Shown here: positions 36,940 through 48,388 of the stretch, one piece after another
Numbering within the stretch: position 1 is the first letter of the stretch
Layout: the number at the start of each line of letters is the position of its first letter
From: Cercozoa sp. M6MM
Taxonomy: Eukaryota > Protista > Endomyxa: Ascetosporea
Assembly (NCBI GenBank): GCA_040357565.1
Contig: JBDODJ010000002.1
Reading direction: 5' to 3' (one strand)
Length of the DNA stretch: 64,000 nucleotides
The notes under the pieces: generated by a model
The model's input: the letters and a program-made list of their open reading frames with translations, nothing else
Database searches by the model: none
What the model was told of the DNA's origin: nothing
Made by a program: the position numbers and the translations under genes

Positions 36940-39469
36940 ATGAAGATCTCGACACCGCTGGAATTCGGCGAAATTGGCGCGGTGTCACATCGCGTTGTCA
37001 TGGTGTGTTGGCTTGAGGGCAGGCAGATGCGAGCGTTTTATAATAGTGTGCATGTAGGCACCACTGACGCGAATGCGATCGCCGCACGGGCATGCGAACA
37101 ACCTAAACGCGCGCTACTACGAGCAGCGCAGTGCTACAGGTGGCCTCATTGTGGCCGAAGCATGCAACATCTCCGAGAGGTGTGTGATAGGATTTTGAGG
37201 TTGGAACCGATTGATTAAGCAAGTTTTATTTTATGGTTTCAGTGCGCGAGGACACCCGAACACGCCGTCCATTCGCGACAAGGACGATATGCGAGCGTAT
37301 TTTAACTCCCGGGCTGTTTACTCTTGCCTATTGCTACCTGTATTCAATCTGTAGATGGCGTCGAGTGACGTCTGCGGTGCACAAGCACCCGAACGCAAAG
37401 ATCGTGCTTCAGCTGTGGCACGTGGGACGGTACACACTCTACTTAGACAGAGGAGGGCAGGAGGGGGGGGGGGGCAGCGCTCCATTTTTGTCTAACTTAG
37501 GACTTCGCTGCCTCAATACCAACCCAGTGGCGAGTTGCCGCCTGCTCCGTCTGCCATCAAATGTACTTTTACTTTGCTTTCTTGTATTGCTGCTCCTGTG
37601 ACCCCCTTGTTTCCAGGCGAGGGTCAGGCACAACTGCCTGACGGTAGTGCCATGGTGGTATCGCACTCTACTCTGCTCTTCCCCATGACAGTACTCCATC
37701 TCCCTTCGTTTTGACAGGACCGAGTTACTCCGCGCGCAGTGTCACGACACGAGATTGCCGAAATTATCGAAGATTACGGCCGCGCTGCGGAGCTGTATGT
37801 TCAGCTTATACCTCTATTATTTTTGAATTAAACTGTGAAACAGTGCAATGGAAGCCGGTTTCGATGGTGTCGAATTGCACGCCGCCAATGGCTATCTCGT
37901 TGACCAGTTCCTTGTATTGTCTTTTTAACGCGCTTTCATACTCCTTCTCTGTGTGACCTATCGTTTTCGTGGATCCATTTTGATAGAATTCAAGCACCAA
38001 CGTGCGAACTGACGAGTTTGGCAGCTCTGTTTCTGGGTACTCTTTTTCTGTATGTCTAAAAACTTATCTCTCTGGGTTGGTGGGAATGTGCTTAATGGAA
38101 CAGACGATGCGAATTCCTGCGTCGTTGTTTGCTGCGTTTGAACAATGTGGCACCTGGCAGTATCACAGCACTCCCCCATATGGACCCATCCGGAAGTGAA
38201 AAATGGCAGAGTGAATAAGGGTAATTTGAACAGGAGTGGGCGTGCGTTTCTCTCCGTGGGGCCGATTCAACAGCATGTTCGACGAGAACCCCCTCGAAAC
38301 CATGAAACATGCCATGCGTATTTCATTCTCATTTCCCTTCTCTCGCCACGTTGCCCTTTTTTATGACGTAGGCATCTGTGCCGAGATCGGGGTCGCCTAC
38401 GTTCACATCATCAATCCTCGCATGTAGTTTTACTGCTCTTAGTTATCCTTTACCCATTTAAATTTATTCTATCGCTTTGTTTAGTTTTGGCGTGCGTCGC
38501 TACTCGCACAGTGCCAAAAAGGTCGAATCTGCCACTCGGCAAGGTACCACTATCGGGAAAAAGGTAAGAGTATGGTTTCAAGAATTCGCTTCTGTGGTGC
38601 GACAGTGCAACCGGACGACCCGACTCGAACTGACGAAAACGTGCGTCTGTTATACACGACTGTGCGCGAGACACTCGATCAGTGCACGAGGTAAATAATT
38701 TAGGGTAATGTGGGGTCTAAAAGCAAGAGAGTAGAGGAATAAACGAGTTGTGTAGTGCTGGCTACATCCCGGTGATTGCTGCCGGCGGCTTTAGTTGTCG
38801 CGAGGTATCGCCGTTTAGTTGAATGTGTTTTATTCTTCAAGGAGATACCGCGCAGGCAACGAAATCAGTGGAGGCAGATGCGGTGGATGCCGTTGCTTTC
38901 GGACGCTTCTTCATCGCCAATCCCGATCTGCGTACCTACTTCTCGAGACCAATTTATGCCCTTTACCCTTACCCCCCGATGTTTTTTGCTAACGTAGCGC
39001 TAAGAATCGCTCGCACGCAGAAGCTGAACCAGTATGACAGGTACTGTTTTTTTGTTTGTATCATAGGGAGCACACACGCTTACCTCATTCCGTTCCGTTC
39101 TTGAAGGGGCACCTTCTATGGTGGCGATGAGACTGGTTACACGGACTATCCCTTTCACATCGACAACGAGGACGCGTATTTTCGTTCTTTTAATACGCTT
39201 TCTTGTGTTATCGATTGCACGAGCAGGTTTGATCGACTTTCTGGTGAAACCAAGCAAGTGACCAATTTGGTACGTCTTTTTCTGTCTGTGTCGGTGTGTC
39301 TGTGTGTGCTTGTGTGCGTGTGTGTCTGTTTTGTGTGTGTCTGTGTCTGTGTGTATGTGTCTGTCGCATCGTCATTGCTGCTTTCCAGGCTCCACCAGCT
39401 GACGATAGCAAATTCAACGTACACGATGACTTGTCTTCAACGAGCAGCAGTGCTTCTCGCGGTAACTGA
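36940..39469 (+). CDS. Old Yellow Enzyme / NADH:flavin oxidoreductase (NemA/OPR-like)
   Basis: HRVVMAPLTRMR, YYEQRA, LQLWHVGR, AGFDGVELHAANGYLVDQFL, NVRTDEFG, VGVRFSP, AVAFGRFFIANPDL, TFYGG..GYTDYP. Confidence 0.93.
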
Positions 39470-40856
39470 CCGAACTTGCGCTAGCGCCGTTCATCGCTCC
39501 TGCTTCGCCTAACCTTGCTCGTTTGGTTTCGTTTGCCAGCGCAGTTGCGAACTGAACCGACACAGCCGAGCTCGACGGAATCCATAGTTTTAAATTTCAG
39601 TTCCCTTTGATTCGATTCAGTTTCATATCGCTGCTGTGTGCGCGACCCAACGCAATTTCTGCATCCGCGCCGAACTTGCAAAACGTCCTCTGTTGATGTG
39701 AGATTGTCAATTTTAGTGAAGGCAACGACTAAAGAAAAGTAAGAACTGAATGTAAGGTCGTTAAATTTAGCGTTCGTTCGACGTCTCAATAAACCGAAAG
39801 ATATCAGAAGAGAGGAGGTTACCCCAAGGTAGGGCCGTCGTTACAGTTGAGAGTGTTAAGAGGTTTGTTCAAAGACAAACAAAAAGAAAACCCTCTTGCC
39901 TGCTCAAGATAGAGCAAGTCAGTTGCTTTGGTGTCAACAAGCACGGTATCCTTTGAGGTACCTGGTATCTGGAAAGAGGGCTGTTTCAATTCTTGTAGCA
40001 GTTTCAAGCTGCTCGCCACTCTAAATTACCAAACACAGGGTCTGCCAAGCAAGGCAACACTCAATTGTAAGTTACCAGCTCTCAACCTTAGCAAAACACA
40101 TCAATTCTTATTTGGCATGACTGATAGGTGCTTCCACGCGGAGCAAGCAGTCAGCCGAGTAGGTTGTTTGATGTTGGCAGTTAAACTGCTTCGTCGTGCA
40201 TCTTCTTCGACTTGCTCATCGCGTCCGATCCATCGGGAGCAAATTCGATTATATTATGCAGCCCCCGTGAGCATTATCAACCGGACAATGCGGCCGGATT
40301 CCATTCCGCTCGCCGACTCACTTTTCCGGGAAGAGAAAACTCAAATTAACACAATGCACCGCTCTGAGGATGTGCATGAGACTACCCACGAGCTCTCCTA
40401 AGGAGGCAGTGTACGTTATCGCCAACAATCGGAGAAATGGCAGAACGAGCAGAAGCGACAGAACTGATCAATCACTACGCTAAAGAAAGCACACTGTGTC
40501 TATACTTTCAAACTGAAAACACACCAGTATCAGTTTAGCCACAAACCACACGATCACCGGCCCCGAACTGAGTTCATGATGCCAGGTTGGCACCGCTTGG
40601 TTATCGATGCTTCCCCTAAAATTCACCAGCAGCCGGTTCACACCACACGACAGGATTGTTTGGTGCCTGCAAAAAAAATCTGCTACAAAATCCTCCAGAC
40701 TGAATACACTCGAGCAGCAGTTCAGCTTTGTCTGAGGGAGGTGGTTTGTCGTCACGTCAGTTTGTTTCGGTTTTGGCCAAAATTGTGTTTCCGTGGTTTG
40801 GGGTTTAAGTTTACATTTTCGCACGCACAGGGAACGGAAAAGGCGACAATCTAATC

Positions 40857-41921
40857 ATGTCAACGCAGCAAATTGATGAGCGCGCGTTGTTTGAAGACGT
40901 TGGAGCGCGATTCAAGTACCTATGCGACTTTGTTGGATTCGGAAAAGAAGACATTAAGGTTCACTTTTTGTTTTGGCTTTTCAGATTTAATGAAAGCATG
41001 TGTTGCAGTTGATCCATGGGTGCGCCGAGTACTTGGGACCGCTAGTGCCGACCGTAGTAGATGCGGTCTATGACAAGTTGTTTTCTTTTTCGGTGACGAA
41101 AGAGGTGTTCGCCAAGCGCAACGCTGGGTTTCAAGGCAAGCTCGACTCGGCACAAGCTCTTTCCGTTCGGTCAGAGCAAATCGTCTTTCGCAAAGGCATG
41201 TTGTCCAAGTACTTGGTCACTCTGGTCACACAACCCTACGACTCCAAAATGCTGGCCTATCTCGACTGGGTGGGCAAGATCCATACATCCAAGGCCGGTT
41301 CCAAAAGCATTGGTGTAACTTGTCCTTTTTGAGCTGCTCCAGGATGTCAATGAAATTGTTTGTAAACTTAAATTTATGAATCGAGAAACTCGTTTTATTG
41401 TTTAGGTCGACATGATTCACTGCAACGCGCTCATGGGTTACGTGCAGCAAATCCTTACCAGTAAATTTAAATCGTAGCACATACAAGTCTGTATTGAATT
41501 GATGTAACATAAGTACAACTGTGCCAGATGCTCTGTTTGAGGCGGAGACCTTCTCGCTCGAAAAGCGCCAGAAGGCAGCAGCCGCGTTCGGAAAGCTTCT
41601 GTGGATTCAAGTAAAACCACTTTCTTGCGGGACAAAAGCATACTATGGATCGCATTTCATACAGTGTACGTGTGTGTGCTACGATTTCCGCAGAACGACC
41701 TCTTTCTGCGTCACTATCTCGACGAAGGTCCGCAGGCGAAAGAGCGCGCGCAGAAACGCCGCCTGTTGCAAGCGCTTGCGACGGTAAATTACCAGTCACC
41801 ATCCCAATAAAGTTGCATACAGTGCTGTATTGAAATACTGTAGGTTGGCGCGGCGGTCGCTGGTGCTTCTGTCGCCATTGCTGGCATGTGTCTCTTCAAA
41901 AAGAAAGACCCGAACAACTGA
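40857..41921 (+). CDS. Protoglobin-type (sensor-family) single-domain globin with C-terminal hydrophobic tail
   Basis: RFKYLCDFVGFGKEDI, VVDAVYDKLFSF, YLDWVGKIH (proximal His), HCNALMGYV, AFGKLLWIQNDLFLRHY, then VGAAVAGASVAIAGMCLFKKKDPNN*. Confidence 0.85.
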
Positions 41922-42128
41922 ACTAAAAATCAAGCTGGAAAGCCAAACCGAACTAAAGGGAGCTTCAAAAACAGCGCAGTTTTTGGATCGGTGAGGGCGT
42001 TGTAAACTTACGGGTACTAAACTACCGATAGTCGGGCGCCGTCCCGCCAGATTTCCTGCTGATTGTTCAATTCAGTCGTGCTGTATCTGTGTGTGCCTAG
42101 TTGCGCTAATTGTTGGACACAGCATTAA

Positions 42129-43394
42129 ATGGACGTACTTGGACTAATCTTGCATATCCTGGGGGTTTTTTGTCGTCTGGTACAGCTGCTTGGTACTGGG
42201 ACTTTTTTTTTGCTTTTTGGCACCGAGCGTGATTCGGCTTTTTTGTTTTCTCAGATCGTCTGTTGCGTCGAGAGAACGAATTGCAACAGGTAGCTTTTAC
42301 TGTGGAAAGATGCGGATAAATCTCGAACTGGCTTGTACAAGCAGATACTGCGACTGGACAATGGCGTGCGAACTCTTGTGCTGCGCAGCTTTGTCATCAA
42401 GCACAATCTAGCGCACCTTCGCAGTGAACAGCAGAGCCATCGACTCAGCAAGCGTTTTATAGTGCCAGAAGAGTTGCTTTTGCTGTCGTTGCGGCGCGTG
42501 AAGCAACTCGACTCGATGCTCCAGTACACGCAAGGTGAGGTGCGAGCGTTCGACGCAACTCGTGATCTGCCAGTCATGCGGTCGATTTGGCAGACTTTGA
42601 TGTATATTGCCCCTTCCCATTGGCCCTTTTCACTTACTCCCCTCCCCCCTCCCGTCAGTGGCGGCGACGATTTCTCGCTCAAGAATCGCAAGTGGAAACA
42701 AATCGGTTTCCAACGCGATGAACCGCTCAGTGACCTGTATGTTAACCTTACCAACTTCTTCTTTAAAGTACACGTATCAACGCATGTTTTCTGAATTATC
42801 AATAGCCGTGGCATGGGCGTGCTAAGTTTGCACAACATAAGCTACGTCTGCCAGAGCAACGAATCGATGGCACTCGAGCTGTGCGAACTTGCGAACCGCG
42901 ATGAGCTGGTACGGCTTTACTTTCCTTCAGTTCAGACGATGGTGTGCCTGGCAGGATTGGTTCCCATTTGCGGTGACGTGCATCAATCTCACCGCTGACT
43001 GTACCGACCTTCACAGCCCTCCAGTAGTTGCTGTGTTTGTGATTGCATGTGCAGTGCTGCACCAGTTGGATGACAGCACTGGAAGTGCACGCGTGCAACG
43101 AATCGCCTTTCTGTTTAACCTGCTTCGCTTTCCGTACTGACCGTTGTTCTTTCTGTTGTCTTCCCAGTTTTCGCCTAGCAATTCCGCGTGCACTGCAGAA
43201 TGGAAGAAGCCTTTGGAGATAGTTTTGTCTCATTGCTCGCAGAGCTGCAACGCGAATGGCGCAAACAAGCACCGGTGAACGTGATGGCGTTCGCTTCAAT
43301 CCACCAGACAGCATTGCGGAACTGGAAGAAGCGGCTCCTGCGTCAAGTTGATCTCATCGCAGCTGTGCATCTCGTGCCAATCCTGTCGCTATAG
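42129..43394 (+). CDS. ELMO-domain protein (ELMOD, Arf/Arl GAP-like)
   Basis: WKQIGFQRDEPLSDLRGMGVLSLHNI, WFPFAVTCINLT, EWRKQAPVNVMAF. Confidence 0.85.
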
Positions 43395-43631
43395 GCTAAC
43401 TTGAGTTAAGATGCAAAGTTTGTTGCAGGACAACAAGTTGTTGTGAAAGTACTGCGATTCCTGTGCATCCCGCGCGCTGCTGAATGATGTTGGACCTGAA
43501 CGGAAGAACCGATCAACCCAAGAAGTATCACTTTACTGCCGGCGTATTCAGAAACAACTGAGAGCTGAGCCCAGCCTAGGCATCGTGTGTTGCAGCGTGA
43601 GGCTGTGTTCAGCTGAAGGGACTGGGTGTGC

Positions 43632-43851
43632 GGCAGCCAATTTCTTTTTGCTCTTGAGCTACAGTACGCTGAGGACTGGCACGCAAAGCCTGGTCCACTT
43701 GCGCACACTCGGCATACTCCTGATCAGCGCTGAATGATGGCAGCACTTCAGGCGGTGAGGAGTTTCTGCTGGTTGTGTGCGTTGGGCAAAAAATCGAGCC
43801 AGTGCAGTCCTCAGCGTACTGTAGCTCAAGAGCAATAAGAAATTGGCTGCC
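43632..43851. repeat. 47-bp inverted repeat with 126-bp spacer next to an assembly gap
   Basis: 43632-43678 matches the reverse complement of 43805-43851 with 1 mismatch. Confidence 0.85.
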
Positions 43852-43995
43852 CCTTCANNNNNNNNNNNNNNNNNNNNNNNNNNNNNNNNNNNNNNNNNNN
43901 NNNNNNNNNNNNNNNNNNNNNNNNNNNNNNNNNNNNNNNNNNNNNNNNNNNNNNNNNGGCGCGCTGAATGATTTCTCGCAATTTGTGTCTGCATA

Positions 43996-46283
43996 GGCGT
44001 ATACGAAGCGCGGCGCCAAGAGCACCAATGAGGATGCTTGCTGTGTGCTTTTTCCCGAATCCTCAGGTACAGATATACATGCATTGCTTGAGTAGTATAC
44101 GGTATGCAGATCTTCCTGCTCGCAGGAGGCGGGAGAGAGGAGTGGCGCGTGTTTGGAGCTGCTGTTTTCGACGGTGCCTGTTTCTTTCAGCCAGCGCTTT
44201 TTGTGTTTAGTGATAGTGTATTCTCACAGGGCACGGCGGCAACAACGGCGCCATTGCTGCTCAGGTAATCCAAGTGTGTGTCTGCTGTCGGGCCGTAAGT
44301 TGCTATCCACCTCCCTGCAGGAAGCATGCCAGGAGACGCGTCAGTGGTTTCGTGAGATCACATTGTAGCTTGTGTTTTACCCATCCGTTCAGTTTCACTC
44401 TTTACACTTCGACCCTTCCTCCGCGGCTCAGACCTGGTGCCAACAGGTGCGCCTGTCGTCAGTGGACGCTTCAGCAGTGGACGGCGTCGCTAGAAGTGCA
44501 TTTATCCCTTTCTTTATCCTTTGACTGACTCCCTGTACTCCCAGACGCACTTTGTACGCACGCACGAGAGGATTCGCGCGCGTTTCTACGAAAACGAACT
44601 CGAAGCAGCCGATGAGCGCGCACGCGCCGCTGGTCGCGCCGTCCCACCACACAGTGTACTCCTGCCTTCTTCTGTCTTTCTGCTTGCCTGTGCCTTTTTA
44701 CCTTTCGTTTGTGGGCACCCTGTAGGACATCGAAGTTGACAGTGACGTCGACGAAAGCAGTCGCACATCACCTGTATCCCCTAGCCTCTGTTTTTTCCTT
44801 GCCGTTTTTCTAAGAACACATGACAGGGTGGCACGTGTTACTCGAATTCCGGAGTGGCACCGAAATGTGAACGTCCCACAATAGGTATCTTTACCCCCGC
44901 CCCGCGCGAACTTCCTTTTTACCCTTCTTTCACGCTGTGTTAACCGTAGATGACAAAGGCGTCGTACGCAAATGTACAGGCTCTCCCGTGCACGGCGGCA
45001 CCACCGTATACTTCCCCCTTCGACTTTTCTTACGCACGTCATTCCTTTGTATCCTTGTAGGCGACCATAGTAGTCGTCGTGCAAGATTTGCGCTCGCGGA
45101 CGGCGCATGTGATCTGCGCCAACGTTGGCGATTCCAACGCCTTTCTGTTCGCGCGTAATGGCGCCGACGGTGCTGCTGCTGAACTGAGGTATTTACGTGT
45201 ATCCCACCCGTTCGCCGATACGTTTCAATCTCTCCTTAGTGAGAGCGACAGTACCACTTCGTCAGTAAACCCGCAACAAGTGCGTGTCGAGCCTCGTGAA
45301 CTGAGGTACCACCAGCTTAACCTTTGCTTTTGTTATCATATTAATCCTTGTTCTCTCCAGTGTCGACCACGGACCGGACAGTACCGAGGAGTACCGCCGC
45401 GTGTGTGCACTGTCTGAGGAGGAGTACCCGCACAAACTGCAGTTCGTTTACGACAGGCAGGACGTGATTCGCAAGGTAGACACCTTTGTCTGTCTATTTT
45501 ATTCATTTCACACTTGGTGCTGTAGTACCTATGCCCACGTGTCTTTTTGCCTGACGATCGGTACATACCACCAGGCTATTTGCCCTGCCCGCCTTGACCC
45601 TCTTTATCATCTTACATTTGTAGCGGTGTCAAAGACGACAAGTACCTGCAGCACCCGTGGCGACATGGTCTGCGACCCACCAACGCGCGTTACGATGTAG
45701 GCTTGTTTTACCCTTTTGGCCAGTGCTTGTTGTCAGTCACCCCTTTACCCTTCGCCTGAAATGAAAACAGCCAGCTGTGTACGCAGTGTCACCGGCTTGT
45801 GTCGGCAGTGACACGACGTGTATCGCCATGACGCGCGCATTGGGCGACTTCTACGCGCACCCGTTCGGCCTGACGTGCGTACCGTCAGTGACACTGCACA
45901 CGCTGCGTGTCGTACGCGATGACCCCTTCGTTATCGCGCTTGGCACTGACGGTACCTTCCTGTCAGCCCAAACTCTGTTAGTTGCACTGGTCCCCTTCTA
46001 GGCGTCTGGGATTGCTTCAAGTTTGACGATTTCGTGCGTCTCACGCGACAGCACCTCGACGAGGCTGGGCAGGTATTATTAAAAGTATTCCTTTGCCTAC
46101 CGTCAAACCTGCACCCCTGCACCCCCCCCCCCCCGGTAGTGCATCGACAAAGCGACGACCTCGCTCGTGGAACACACGCAGCGCACGGCAGTGTCGCTTT
46201 TTGGCGCCAGGCACTACGACGACGCGTCGCTAGCGCTGCTGTTTGTCACTGGTGGTGAACGGACAGACTCAGTGCGACCCTGA
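43996..46283 (+). CDS. PP2C/PPM-family protein phosphatase (5' end lost in or before the gap)
   Basis: TNEDAC, AVFDGHGGNNG, HGGTT, ANVGDS, DHGP, IAMTRALGD, LGTDGVWD, HYDDAS. Confidence 0.88.
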
Positions 46284-46501
46284 CCGGAATTTGGATCTGA
46301 CCGACTCGGCCATCGCATCTTTGGACGACCGCATCTTTGGACGCAGCTGTCGTGTTATACTGTACAACGCAAACCACCGGCAAGTTGCGTTGAAGTTCGG
46401 TTACTGTCACATTCAGTTCGTGATCAGTCGAGTTTCGTTTTAACTGAAGTGCCCCGCCCCGTATGAATGGCAAAACGAACGACTAGGAACGGGAAGTGCA
46501 G

Positions 46502-47462
46502 CTATAGTCCATCCACATCAAGATCCAGATCGTCGTCGAAGAGCTCGTCGAAGTCGTCGCCCGCATCGCCGGATTCCTTTTTGAGTTGGTCCTGCTCCGG
46601 CTCCTGCTTGTGCGGCGCAGTCTCCATGGCTTCGTCGTCCTCCTCGCCGAAAAGGTCGTCGTCGTCCGGCACTTCACAGCGAGACACAGATGCAGAGAGG
46701 TCGTTGCTTGCGGTTTTGTATTTAAGCGGACCCTACCTTCCTCCTGCACTTCGTCCTTCGACTCTTCTTTGGGCCCCCGTGACCTGGCCTGTGGCCTGTC
46801 TTGCCGGAATACGTGCTTGCACTGTCTGCACATGAACACCAGCAGCATCGCGTCGTCGGCCGCGCTCGTCACTGATCGCAGCATCCAGAAGCACTGAAGA
46901 ACACACGCGTACACAAACTGATTCTGGGCGACGCAGGCGAGGCAAAAGCACGCCAAATCTTGAAAGATCATTGAAAATGTCAAACAACAACAAATACGAA
47001 GCCCTCAAACAGAAACAAGCACCGTCGCGATCGAATACAAGGATCGTGAGCGACGACCACCAAGGATTTGAGGCAAAACGCACCACATCATTCTCGAAAC
47101 ACTGAGGACATTCGACATCTCGATCGACGGGAAGCGTCGGGTCGTCGACGAGATCGTCGCTATATTCCTGCTTGCGCGAGTCGCCGGTGGCTGACGGCTG
47201 CACGGCGTTGCCGTAAACTTCGTTGTTGTTCGCTCTCTTAGTGTGCCCGCAGGTACGGCACCGCTGCATCAATTGCTGCAAGCAAAAAAAAACGAAACTC
47301 TCCAGCGTCCAAATTTTAATTGGGAGAAGAAAACTACCTTGCGCTGCCGATCTTCCTGCGGGTACATGAGGTTGTTGCTAAACAACACACAATATGTGAG
47401 TCTCGTCGTGGACACACGTGCCAGGATCAGAGAAATCACCACTGCTCGCAGAACTCCAACAT
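46502..47462 (-). CDS. RPB9: RNA polymerase II subunit RPB9 with acidic C-terminal extension
   Basis: MLEFCEQCNNLMYPQED...CRTCGH...DPTLP..DVECPQC...MLLVFMCRQCKHVF (two Zn ribbons), then a DDDDLFGEEDDE...FDELFDDDLDLD tail. Confidence 0.85.
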
Positions 47463-48388
47463 TTTGCGCCGCGAGAGATGCGTCTGACCCGTCCCTACAA
47501 GGTTTTCACGCCACTAGAGTACAACACGCCGCTTGGGAGATATTGTATGTGTTGGGCCATACAGTGGCTACAGAATAGTTACTTTTTACTTTTCGATAAA
47601 ACATTGAACAACCGCATGATCAGGACAGTGCTGCAGGTGCGCGCGCCTACCGTGGCAGTGTAATTTACAACTGTACTGCGGCTGGATTCTATGCCGCTTT
47701 ACAGCTCACAATTTTTTTAATTCGTTCGTGAAAATTGACCCTCGGCTTGCGTTTTGCCGGCTGCCAGTGATTGCTCGTACTGTCGCTTGTTCCCGAAATA
47801 ACAAAGAACGAAGCCAACGCACGTGACATCATCCAGACTGCGGTGGCACCGAATCCCCCCACTGGCACTTGGGCTCTAACCAGAAAGATCTTGCAGAAAC
47901 AAAGGCTCGAAGTTTGCCCTTCCGTTATTTAATTGCCCAGTCTCCAACGCCTGTTGCAGGCACACGCGCAGCTCTCCTGATCGCTAGCTGAACCTGAAAT
48001 CTCAGGTTGGTATCGCGTGCTTTGCAGGCAACTACTAGAGCCGGAGCGCGATATCTTGGAGAATGACTGCTGGCCGCTTCTGACTGACTGACTGACGTGA
48101 CTCGCTGACTGGGAAAAATCACCGTCAACCGTGCTGATCGATCCATCACCACAAAAAACAAAGAAGCGGTGTGACGCGTGCATTGAGTGTCAAATTTGTG
48201 TGCCACGCGTTCGCCGCTCAACCTGGGTACCGTGACACTCAACATTACCGCCGATCGGGTAAGTGCACGCACTTTTTGGCCCGACGAGTGCTTTTTTTGT
48301 TTTGCTCTCTGGCTGCGTGTGTTTTGCACATTCCTTGCAGCACACTGACTCCGCTCTTGCATAGTTTGCTGCAAGTACAGAGTGAACC

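Noticed and set aside
43480-43570. Box C/D snoRNA-like ATGATG...CTGA
   Set aside because: Imperfect C box, no clear terminal stem, and no rRNA guide that I could verify.
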